Origin: an uncultured Clostridiaceae bacterium
GTDB taxonomy: Bacteria; Bacillota_I; Bacilli_A; RFN20; CAG-288
Direction of reading: 5' to 3'
Assembly (NCBI GenBank): GCA_964427595.1
Contig: CAYRUQ010000001.1
Location: 4,690-68,689, forward strand
DNA: 64,000 nucleotides
Within the stretch, counting starts at the first letter, position 1; every line of letters starts with the position of its first letter. The position numbers and the translations under genes are program-made. Below the pieces are notes generated by a model. The model made no database searches, was not told where the DNA came from, and worked only from the letters and a program-made list of their open reading frames with translations. Positions 27,593-36,203 of the stretch are shown piece after piece.

Positions 27593-28675
27593 TCAAGCTT
27601 GTTTTTCTGCACTTCTGTTTCCGAATTTAACAAGAAGGAAGGCACAGAAGAATCCGAAGACGAGAAGAGGAACAGCGATAGAGATATCAACTATCATCAA
27701 GTTGGAAGATCCGAAAGCAGATGCCCAACTGAGATAGATTCCATATGAATCAGGATTTAAGAACATACCGACGATAGAACCGACTGACATACCAACTATG
27801 ACTTTATAGGCGAGAAGTCTATTCCATCTGAATACTTTTTCTAAGACTTTGGAAGTGATGATGAATCCAGCTACTAGACCAACGACCATGAGAGCATAGA
27901 TAGCGAAGATCTGAGGATGTTCACTGAAGTAAGAAAGATGGACTGTATCAACTAAAGGTCTGAAGTATCCGATCATCATCAAGAAGGCAGTAGCACTAAG
28001 ACCAGGTAAAACTTGAGTGAGTCCTAGGACAAAACCGATAGGGATAGCAGCTACATAAGTCCACCAAGGAAAGTCTCCAAATAAACTATCAGCAATAGCG
28101 CCATCAGCTGATAAATCAGTCTCTCCAAGCTGTACTCCATAAGCGCCGGTAGGATCAGAATCAAGCAAGATAGAAACGACTCCAACGATGATGGGAATGA
28201 TCAAACCTAAAGTGAATAAAAGAACAGTATTGGTGTTGATCTTGACTCCTTTGACTTCTTGAAAAACGCTAGGGAGAGCTCCGATCATCAGACCAGCAAA
28301 ATAACAGATCATTCCAAACGGAACTAGATTGATCAAATACTGAACAGCGAAGAAACCTAATAAGAAACCGATGATTAAACCGATGATAATCGGAAAGAGA
28401 AAAGCGATACAAGCTTTAAATTGTCTGAGTATGTTTGCAAATGAATAAATCAGCTTGTCATATAGTTTAAAGATGATAGCTACTGCTGCTCCTGAGATAC
28501 CAGGAACAACCACTGCTAACCCTAAGAATATTCCGAAGATGAAACTTCTTATCCACCCTCTAGTCGTGTATTTCTCAAGAATGGTATCTGGTCTATCTTC
28601 AAAGACTGCCGTCTCTTCAGCGGTTTCGTTTACTTCTTCTATCTCTTGGTTTTCTTCCAAATTTTCTTCATCCAT
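27593..28675 (-). CDS. DUF368-family membrane protein (polyprenyl-phosphate transporter family)
   Basis: 360 aa. Two PG[IL]S[GA] motifs (VVPGISGAAVAI and VLPGLSATAFLM) in a roughly 8-TM protein, typical of DUF368. Confidence 0.7.
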   Translation of the reverse strand: MDEENLEENQEIEEVNETAEETAVFEDRPDTILEKYTTRGWIRSFIFGIFLGLAVVVPGISGAAVAIIFKLYDKLIYSFANILRQFKACIAFLFPIIIGLIIGFLLGFFAVQYLINLVPFGMICYFAGLMIGALPSVFQEVKGVKINTNTVLLFTLGLIIPIIVGVVSILLDSDPTGAYGVQLGETDLSADGAIADSLFGDFPWWTYVAAIPIGFVLGLTQVLPGLSATAFLMMIGYFRPLVDTVHLSYFSEHPQIFAIYALMVVGLVAGFIITSKVLEKVFRWNRLLAYKVIVGMSVGSIVGMFLNPDSYGIYLSWASAFGSSNLMIVDISIAVPLLVFGFFCAFLLVKFGNRSAEKQA

Positions 28676-28831
28676 AATTTCACCTCAAACAGCACAAAAG
28701 ATTATATATGTCTATTCATAAATAAACAAAGAAGAGAGCTATAAATAGCGCTTCAATTTCAATTTAGAAAAAGCTGTCAATAAAAATTTCTAATAATTTT
28801 CAACAATTTACATTCATGAGATTTCACCCAC

Positions 28832-29102
28832 TTATCCACATAGTTATCCACCGAAAACATACTTTTCCACCATATGTGGATAACGCATTTTAAAGGCGGT
28901 GGAAATCTATCAAAAAATCGATAATCATCGAAATATTTACTGGTGGATAACAAATTCTCTTTGTGGATAGTTATCCACATATCCACAATCGAGTTATCCA
29001 CAGCAAAGTTATCCACAACTTATCCACAATCTAAAGACAGTGGATAACTTTTTCTTCTTTTGGAAATAATAAGATTTTCTCAAGAAAATTTATTGTGGAT
29101 AA
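28832..29102. other. oriC part 1: DnaA-box cluster upstream of dnaA
   Basis: Seven perfect TTATCCACA/TGTGGATAA boxes (28832, 28875, 28971, 28994, 29009, 29020, 29094). At least five one-mismatch boxes (28844, 28942, 28962, 28979, 29039). Confidence 0.9.
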
Positions 29103-29164
29103 CTTTTTCCACCATTCTTTTTAAGGTATATAATCTTCTTGTTTCGTTGTCGTTTTATTGAGGT

Positions 29165-30529
29165 ATGAATATGGAAAATATCAACTCTGTTTTTAACCAA
29201 CTTTTAAACAACCTGTCTAAGCAGATGCCTTCTAACCATTTCGATAATCTTTTTGATATTGATACTTTCTCTTTAAAAAGTCTCGATACAGACAAAGCTG
29301 TTTTTGTCACAGAATCGACATCTACCGCCTCTATCATCAAGAACAGTTATTTAGATTTGATATCCAAAGAGTTAGAGACTATCACCGGCTCTCATCACGA
29401 TGTTGAGGTGGTTGATAAAGCGAGTTTCTCAAGAAGAAAACAAGCCTTTGAACAAGCTGAAACTAGCTTCTTTAAAAACTCTCATATCCTTCCTCAATAC
29501 ACGTTTGATAACTTCGTCACTGGATCATTCAATAGAGAAGCTTGGGCTGCTGCTATGTTCAGTATCGATAAACCAGGAGCTTCAAATCCTATCTTCTTAT
29601 ATTCAAAATCGGGTTTAGGAAAAACACATCTTCTTCATGCTATCGGTAATGAATATAAAGTTCGTTATCCGGATAGCAAAGTCTTATATATCACCGCTGA
29701 TGACTTTGTATCTGAATTCGTCCGTTATATCAGAGGCAATAAGAACAGCGAGAACTTGAAAGATTTCTTCTCTTCCGTTGATATTTTGATGGTCGATGAT
29801 ATTCAGTTCTTGACCGGCAAAGAAGATACCCAAGTCATGTTCTTCAATATTTTCAATCTCTTAGTCAGTCGTGGAAAACAGATCGTTCTTACCTCTGATA
29901 GAAGTCCTGCTGAATTAAAAGGCGTTCAAGATAGATTGGTCTCTCGTTTTGCAGGGGGTCTCTCTGTCGGTATCTCGACTCCTGATAAATCGACTCTGTT
30001 AGAAATTTTGAAACAAAAGATAATTACTAACTCTATCTCTCTTGATTTCTTTGAACCGGATGTCCTTGATTATTTGGCTTTAAATTACAGCAAGAATATC
30101 CGTGAATTGGAAGGATCTTTCACTAGGCTTCTCTTCGCTGTCACGGTGAGAAAACCGGTTGGGAAAGTCACTCTTCGTTTCGCTCGTTCTGTTTTCGAAG
30201 ATGACGAGAGAAGAAAAGCGGAAAGCGGAAAGATCGATATCAACACGATCATCAGAGTAGTAGCTGAAAACTACAATCTCACTGAAGCTCAATTAAAGAG
30301 CAAAGTTAGAACTTCTCAAATCGCCTATGCACGTCAGATAGCTATGTACTTAGCAAGAAGCGTTCTCTCTCTTCCTTTCCAAACGATAGGTAAGGAATTC
30401 GGTAAAGATCACACGACTGTCATGTCTAATGTTCAGAAGATTCAAGACGGCATGTTAAAAGATGCGACATTAAAAAACACGATCACCAATTTGACGGAAA
30501 CGATTCAAAAGAAAGCTACTAAAAGATAA
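29165..30529 (+). CDS. dnaA: Chromosomal replication initiator DnaA
   Basis: 454 aa. Walker A GLGKTHLLHAIGN, box VII, and the C-terminal DNA-binding helix (IGKEFGKDHTTVMSNVQKI). ATG 29171 is better spaced from GAGGT and may be the real start. Confidence 0.97.
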   Translation: MNMENINSVFNQLLNNLSKQMPSNHFDNLFDIDTFSLKSLDTDKAVFVTESTSTASIIKNSYLDLISKELETITGSHHDVEVVDKASFSRRKQAFEQAETSFFKNSHILPQYTFDNFVTGSFNREAWAAAMFSIDKPGASNPIFLYSKSGLGKTHLLHAIGNEYKVRYPDSKVLYITADDFVSEFVRYIRGNKNSENLKDFFSSVDILMVDDIQFLTGKEDTQVMFFNIFNLLVSRGKQIVLTSDRSPAELKGVQDRLVSRFAGGLSVGISTPDKSTLLEILKQKIITNSISLDFFEPDVLDYLALNYSKNIRELEGSFTRLLFAVTVRKPVGKVTLRFARSVFEDDERRKAESGKIDINTIIRVVAENYNLTEAQLKSKVRTSQIAYARQIAMYLARSVLSLPFQTIGKEFGKDHTTVMSNVQKIQDGMLKDATLKNTITNLTETIQKKATKR

Positions 30530-30536
30530 TATCACT

Positions 30537-30567
30537 GAGCTATCGCTTGCTGGCGGTAGCTCTTTTT
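30537..30567 (+). terminator. Rho-independent terminator after dnaA
   Basis: GAGCTATCG-cttgctgg-CGGTAGCTC followed by TTTTT. Confidence 0.75.
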
Positions 30568-30716
30568 GTGTCTTTGTAAGATTTAAAAGAATGGTTTGTG
30601 TCCTATTTTTAGGCTTAGAAATATTGTTCTGTTTTCTACTTGTTTTCTCTACTAATAAACAATTTCAAAAGTTATAAACAACACATGTGGGAATCTCTTT
30701 ATTTATCTACATTCAA

Positions 30717-30905
30717 AGTGGATAATTTTCGTTCAAAATCTCTTAGAAAATCAAAAACAATTTACCGGCTTTTACTAGATTTCTCCGCAGTTTTCTCAAC
30801 AGGTCTTTTCAACCTTAATTTTATAATCGATGATTTATCCACAAATTCACCGCCCTTTATCATCATTATCATTAATTATTTGTTTGTATTATGAATATAT
30901 TGCAA
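30717..30905. other. oriC part 2: DnaA boxes, GC cluster and AT-rich candidate unwinding element between dnaA and dnaN
   Basis: One-mismatch box AGTGGATAA at 30717-30725. Perfect TTATCCACA at 30835-30843. GC cluster CACCGCCC at 30848-30855. ATC/ATT trinucleotide run at 30859-30873, then about 30 nt that are nearly pure A/T. Confidence 0.65.
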
Positions 30906-31020
30906 ACGAGAAAAACGACTTTTCAAAACGACGTCTTAGTTGCCGTTTCACTTCAAAAGAAAGTCTATTATTTATATAATAAATAAAGTTTTTTAATTTT
31001 CTGAGTAAGGGAGAAAAAAC

Positions 31021-32175
31021 ATGAGATTAACCGTTAAAAGACAATACTTATTAAAAGTTCTAACTTTCGTTTCTGCTGCTATTCCGACTAAGACTGCTGA
31101 AAGTCAATTCATGAACTTTTTAATCGATATCAAAGAAAATCAGGTTTCTATCATCGCTTCTGATGGAATCATCACTGCGAAAGGTGTTCTTCATAAAATT
31201 GAAGAAGGTGAAGAAGCTATCATCGCTAGTGAAGAAGGATGCTTCCAAACTCAAGCTAAAGTCCTTTTAGATATGATCCGTTCTTTCAGCGGTCCAATCG
31301 TCACGTTCACGATGGTAGATACTAACTTCGTCTATATCTCTGATGAGATTACTGAAGTCAATTTATATACAAAAGCAGGTGAGGAATATCCTAATGTCGA
31401 TCTTTATATCCCTGAAGATGCTATCGGCTTTAAAGCTTCGATTAAAGACTTAAAGAATCTTTATGATGCCACCGCTTTCGCTGTTGCTACTAAAGGACCT
31501 AGAGAACTCTTTTATGGCATCAATGTCTCAGCTAGAAATGGTCGTCTTTATTTCATCGCTACCGACTCCTTTAGATTAGCTCGTCTCTCTGTTCTCAAAG
31601 ATGACAAAGAAAAAGATGTTGATTTCAGTTTTACTGCCCCTGTTAAGGCTTTAAACCTTCTTACTTCTCTTCCTGAGAATGAAGACTGCACTATTTATTT
31701 TGATGAAGAGAGAGCTCTCTTTTCTATCGGAGATAATTTGATTTCCACTAGACTTTTAGTCGGGGATTTCCCCTCTTTAGAACGTCTTATACCGACAAGC
31801 TTCCCTTACTCAGTCACTATCGCTACTAGCGATTTCTTAAGCGCTTCTGAGAGAGTCAGAATCATCTCCTCTGAGGATAGAGAACCTTCCGTCAAACTCA
31901 CCATCTCTCGTGATAGTGGTGTCATCCTCTCATCTCATTCCACTAATTACGGAAACTCACAAGAAGTTATTAAGAACGCTACTTATGTCTTACCTGAGGG
32001 TGAGAGCTTATTTGAAATCGTCTTCAAGATCAATTTTGCTATCGACGCAGTCAGAGCTTTAAAGAGCGATAACATCACCTTCATCTTCACTTCTGCTGTC
32101 CAGATATTCATGGTCAAGAACGAAGATGAAGAGAATGTTCAAATCATCACTCCTATTCGACCCTCGTCTTTCTGA
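31021..32175 (+). CDS. dnaN: DNA polymerase III beta sliding clamp
   Basis: 384 aa in the conserved position after dnaA. Three-domain length and typical N-terminus (L..L..V..AIP.K...). GGGAGAAAAAAC precedes the ATG. Confidence 0.9.
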   Translation: MRLTVKRQYLLKVLTFVSAAIPTKTAESQFMNFLIDIKENQVSIIASDGIITAKGVLHKIEEGEEAIIASEEGCFQTQAKVLLDMIRSFSGPIVTFTMVDTNFVYISDEITEVNLYTKAGEEYPNVDLYIPEDAIGFKASIKDLKNLYDATAFAVATKGPRELFYGINVSARNGRLYFIATDSFRLARLSVLKDDKEKDVDFSFTAPVKALNLLTSLPENEDCTIYFDEERALFSIGDNLISTRLLVGDFPSLERLIPTSFPYSVTIATSDFLSASERVRIISSEDREPSVKLTISRDSGVILSSHSTNYGNSQEVIKNATYVLPEGESLFEIVFKINFAIDAVRALKSDNITFIFTSAVQIFMVKNEDEENVQIITPIRPSSF

Positions 32176-32199
32176 TACCGATAAGAAAAGGAGAGTTTA

Positions 32200-34698
32200 A
32201 TGGAAAAAGAACAAGCCCTCAGACTCTGGGACTCTCTGTATAAAGGAAGTGAGATCGCCTACGATTACGCATCTCACATAATGAAAAGAGAAGATTTTCG
32301 CAATTCTGATTCCAAAAGCGGATGGGATGTCGATTATAAACAGCCTTTGACTAGAGGTGGAAATACCTCGATGTATAACTACATCCCGACCAGTCTCTCA
32401 ACAAAGAAAGTCAGAGATGGGCGTATCGCTTTTACTATCGGCAATTTTAAATACGAAGTTAGAAAAGGTTCTGTCTATGGAACTTTCCATATCATCGATG
32501 TCACTGATAGACAGAATCTGATTGATATGGAACCTTCTAGTTTCAATCAGTCTCCATCTTTTAATGAAGAGAGAATGAGAAAATCACTAGAGAGAAAGGA
32601 CGGCACTATCGCTGATTTTGATAGTCTTTTTGTTTACAGAAATCCAGTAGACCACAATATCATCACTCCTGACGAGAATGCTCAATCTCTTCTTTTAGAT
32701 GGAGAGATAACAAAGGGTGAGCAAGAAGTCGCTCGAGAGATTGAAGTTTGTACTGAAGTTCCCGACAACGACGAAACAATAGAGATAGAGCCTCAAATCG
32801 AAGAAAAAGAAGAAGCACAGCTTTTAGAAGAAAGTGAAGCTGATAATTCTCTTCAGGATGAATTGGAAGAGAAAGATAGAGCGATTAAAAAGCTTGAGGA
32901 TGAGATCGATTCTTTAAGAGAGATCATTTCAAAACAAGAAGAGATTTCTAATGAGTTAACAAACAAAAGATTCGAACTTCAAAAACAAGCTTTTGAAGAT
33001 GAGCAGAAGATAACCTCTTTAAATAGACTTATCGAAGAAAAAGATCAGCAAATAAGAAGTGTTTTGGAAGAGGACGAACAGTTAAAGGATGAGCTATCTT
33101 CTCTTTCAAATGAGAAAGTTACTTTATCTAATCAAACTCAACAAGAAGCTGAAAAGAGAGCAGAATTAAGAAATTATATCGATACTCTATTCAGCCAGGA
33201 AAGTGATAAGATTCTCGCTTTAAAAGAAGAAAACAAGGAACTTAAAGATAAGCTTGTTGAAACGACTGATTCTTTGAGCAAAGAAAATGAAGAAAAAATT
33301 CAAACTCTCAAAAAAGAAAGAGATGAGTTAAGTGAACAGCTCCTTTCTTATCAAGAAGAAATCAAAGCCTTAAACGCTGAAAAAGAAGAGTTACTAAGTC
33401 AAAAGGACGACGATGTAATTAAGCTTAAAGAAAAAGAAAATAAGATTGATGAATTGAATACAAAAATAAACGATTTAAGCCTAGAACTTGAAAATGCTAA
33501 ATTTAGCCTCAATGAATCTTTAAACTTTAAGAATGGCATAAATACTGAAATTGAAGCTTTTAAGAAAGAGAAAGAATATATATCTTTAGGTGGAGATCTA
33601 AACAAGTATTGTGAGTTTGCTAAACTTCTTGAAAGAGAATCTTTAGATGTTAAAGAAGGTTTAGAAAAACATCCGGAGTTCACTTTAAAGAAAGGCGTCT
33701 TCTTTGATGTGAGAGCAGAAGCTATCGATATTGATGAAGATGTCTCGCTTTTTGATGAAAGACTTCAGAGAAAAGAAAAGGCGATCTCTTATTTCAACTC
33801 TTTATTCCCTAATAAAGAAGCGTTTGATTTTGCCGATAGAGAAATCAGAATTGAAGAATATCAAAACAAAGAGTCTCGTTTCGGCTGGGATTATGTTCTT
33901 TATGACGAAGAAAAGAAAGATGAAATAAACAACATCTTGATTGCTAACCTTAAGTCTCTAGCTGATTTTAAGAGAGACGAAAGTTTTAAATCTAACGGAA
34001 AGAACTTTGAAGTCGCTGAAGTAGAAGGGGTTAAATCTATCACTAGTAAAGAGACTTTAACTAACCCTTATAGCTTCACTTTAGCTTTAAATGCTAGTGC
34101 TAAAGAAATGGAAAGAGGATCAGAACTTGTCTATATCTTCATTAGAATCCTTGGAACTAAGAGCAAAGCGATTCAACAATTTGCTGATATGGTTGATAGA
34201 GCAGCTAGAAAATGTGCACCTAAATCATATATCAATACGAGATTTGAAAAAGATGGTCAGATTGACTATCTCTTCTTAACTTTTGATGGAGCTAAAGATG
34301 ATGTCTATCAAGAAGCTTTAAGAGTCGCTATCTTAACAAATAGCTACCGCAAAGCGATGAATCAACAAGAAGGAATCAACGCCATCATCGTTTTAGATAA
34401 GGTTGAACTTGATTCTCCTATACTCAAATATGTGTCTTTCCAGAATCTTGCTAAAAACACTAACGATTTAGGACTTAAAGCTATCATGTATGATTTGATT
34501 CAAAGTGTGATCAATGCGACTATCACTAAAGGAATTCATATTGGAAAGAATATCGATTCTGATATTGATTACAACCAGTTTAGTAATAGAGACAGAATCA
34601 TACCATCTAAGATGGCTGGTAAAGACTTCGCTCAACTTTATAAAGAACTTTACGGATATAAAGAATTGCCGATGATTTATAACATCATGAATAAATGA
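32200..34698 (+). CDS. Hypothetical 832-aa protein: degenerate HNH-like module, acidic linker, long coiled coil, second degenerate HNH-like module, unknown C-terminal domain
   Basis: AAAGGAGAG RBS. N-terminus has GWDVDYKQPLTRGGNTSMYNY. The E/K/L/Q-rich heptad-like region spans about aa 205-470. An internal repeat of the N-terminal module sits at about aa 520-620. Confidence 0.6.
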   Translation: MEKEQALRLWDSLYKGSEIAYDYASHIMKREDFRNSDSKSGWDVDYKQPLTRGGNTSMYNYIPTSLSTKKVRDGRIAFTIGNFKYEVRKGSVYGTFHIIDVTDRQNLIDMEPSSFNQSPSFNEERMRKSLERKDGTIADFDSLFVYRNPVDHNIITPDENAQSLLLDGEITKGEQEVAREIEVCTEVPDNDETIEIEPQIEEKEEAQLLEESEADNSLQDELEEKDRAIKKLEDEIDSLREIISKQEEISNELTNKRFELQKQAFEDEQKITSLNRLIEEKDQQIRSVLEEDEQLKDELSSLSNEKVTLSNQTQQEAEKRAELRNYIDTLFSQESDKILALKEENKELKDKLVETTDSLSKENEEKIQTLKKERDELSEQLLSYQEEIKALNAEKEELLSQKDDDVIKLKEKENKIDELNTKINDLSLELENAKFSLNESLNFKNGINTEIEAFKKEKEYISLGGDLNKYCEFAKLLERESLDVKEGLEKHPEFTLKKGVFFDVRAEAIDIDEDVSLFDERLQRKEKAISYFNSLFPNKEAFDFADREIRIEEYQNKESRFGWDYVLYDEEKKDEINNILIANLKSLADFKRDESFKSNGKNFEVAEVEGVKSITSKETLTNPYSFTLALNASAKEMERGSELVYIFIRILGTKSKAIQQFADMVDRAARKCAPKSYINTRFEKDGQIDYLFLTFDGAKDDVYQEALRVAILTNSYRKAMNQQEGINAIIVLDKVELDSPILKYVSFQNLAKNTNDLGLKAIMYDLIQSVINATITKGIHIGKNIDSDIDYNQFSNRDRIIPSKMAGKDFAQLYKELYGYKELPMIYNIMNK

Positions 34699-34718
34699 TG
34701 CGCCTAGAAGGAGGAACT

Positions 34719-35912
34719 ATGACTGTATTAGATCGTTTCTTAAAATATGTTTCTTATGAGACGACTGCTCTAGAAGAAAAAGAAGATGCTTGTTCAAACG
34801 ATAAGATTCTCGTTTTAGCAGACGAACTTTTAAAGGAATTATTCAAGCTTAATCCTAGAGAGATATCTGTCAACAGATTTGGTATTATCGACGCTAAGTT
34901 TGATGGAGATAAAGATAAGAATAGAGTCGCTTTCTTAGCTCATATGGACACCTCTAACCAAGCTTCTGGAAAGGATGTCAAGCCTCAGATTATCGACTAT
35001 AAAGGAGGCGATGTGAAACTTGGTGATAAGCTTGTTTTATCTCCTGAAGAATTTCCGACTCTTAATCACTCTGTCGGACACACAATCATCACAACAGACG
35101 GGAATACGCTTTTAGGGGGTGATGATAAAGCTGGTATAGCCATCATCATGACTGCTCTTGAAGATGTTTTAAAAACACCCGGACATAGGCCTCTTGAAAT
35201 CATCTTCACCACCGATGAGGAGATAGGCGCTGATGCACATCACGTTTCTATGGAGATAGTCACTTCTCCTTATGGGTATACGATAGATGGTGGCGATTAC
35301 ACGCTCCCTTCCATTGAATCCTTCACAGCTGCTTCAATGAAAGTTCATGTAAGTGGCAAATCAATTCACCCCGGTTCTGCTAAAGATAAGCTTGTTAATG
35401 CGTCTACGCTTCTTTTTAAGTTCACAGAGAGTTTGCCTAGTTATTTAAGACCGGAAGATACTGCTGAAAAAGAACCTTTCTATCACCTTTGCTCTATCAA
35501 TGGAACTGAAGATTCGGCCGATGGTGATTTCATCATCAGAAGCTTCGATGAAGAAGAGATGAAATACTTGATTAAACTCGCTGAGTTTACTGCTAAGAGA
35601 ATCAACGAAAAAGTCGGATATGAAGCTATCAGTTTAGATATCGCTTACCAATACCACAACATGAAACAAGTCTTAGATAGATGCCCGGAAATTCAACATG
35701 AATTAGAGGAAGCTCTTAGTGAAGTTGGTATCAATTACCAGTACGAAGCTATCAGAGGTGGAACGACTGGATCTCAACTTTCGTTCATGGGTCTTCCTTG
35801 TCCTAATCTTGGAACCGGTGATTATAACTGCCATGGTCGTTATGAATATGTTGACCTCTTTGAGATGGAAAAGATGGTCGATGTAGTTCGCATATTGATG
35901 ATCGGAAAATAA
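34719..35912 (+). CDS. pepT: Peptidase T (M20B tripeptidase)
   Basis: Start moved to ATG 34719 (GAAGGAGGA RBS). MTVLDRFLKYVSYET, HMDT, GGDDKAGIA and TTDEEIG motifs. Confidence 0.9.
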   Translation: MTVLDRFLKYVSYETTALEEKEDACSNDKILVLADELLKELFKLNPREISVNRFGIIDAKFDGDKDKNRVAFLAHMDTSNQASGKDVKPQIIDYKGGDVKLGDKLVLSPEEFPTLNHSVGHTIITTDGNTLLGGDDKAGIAIIMTALEDVLKTPGHRPLEIIFTTDEEIGADAHHVSMEIVTSPYGYTIDGGDYTLPSIESFTAASMKVHVSGKSIHPGSAKDKLVNASTLLFKFTESLPSYLRPEDTAEKEPFYHLCSINGTEDSADGDFIIRSFDEEEMKYLIKLAEFTAKRINEKVGYEAISLDIAYQYHNMKQVLDRCPEIQHELEEALSEVGINYQYEAIRGGTTGSQLSFMGLPCPNLGTGDYNCHGRYEYVDLFEMEKMVDVVRILMIGK

Positions 35913-36203
35913 GCACTTTCATAAAAAATATTATTAACTTCGTTAAATATGAACAAATAGCTAGACAAATGCATATTTTTGAAGCTTTTAGAATTTTGTG
36001 AAAGCACTTACAAAAAGTGTTAAAAAACCTTTGTCGAGTTAACTCTTGACGCAAAGACGATTAAAAAACGATAAAAAAACTAAAAAATCTTTACTTTTTC
36101 AACTTTTTATACGAAAAGAAGAAAAAAAGCTTCTTGGGTTTCGCTTGCAATAAACGATAATCCTTATAAAATTGTCTTTGCACATTTTTTTGGAGGTCAT
36201 GAG

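Noticed and set aside
28777-29016. 79-aa minus-strand ORF (MDNFAVDNSIVDMWITIHKE...)
   Set aside because: It lies entirely within the DnaA-box array. Its repeated VDN/WIT/HIWW peptides are just translations of TTATCCACA boxes, and it has no RBS.
30640-30894. 84-aa plus-strand ORF between dnaA and dnaN
   Set aside because: It starts with TTG in AT-rich DNA, has no RBS, and covers the DnaA box, GC cluster and AT-rich unwinding candidate. It is most likely non-coding oriC sequence.
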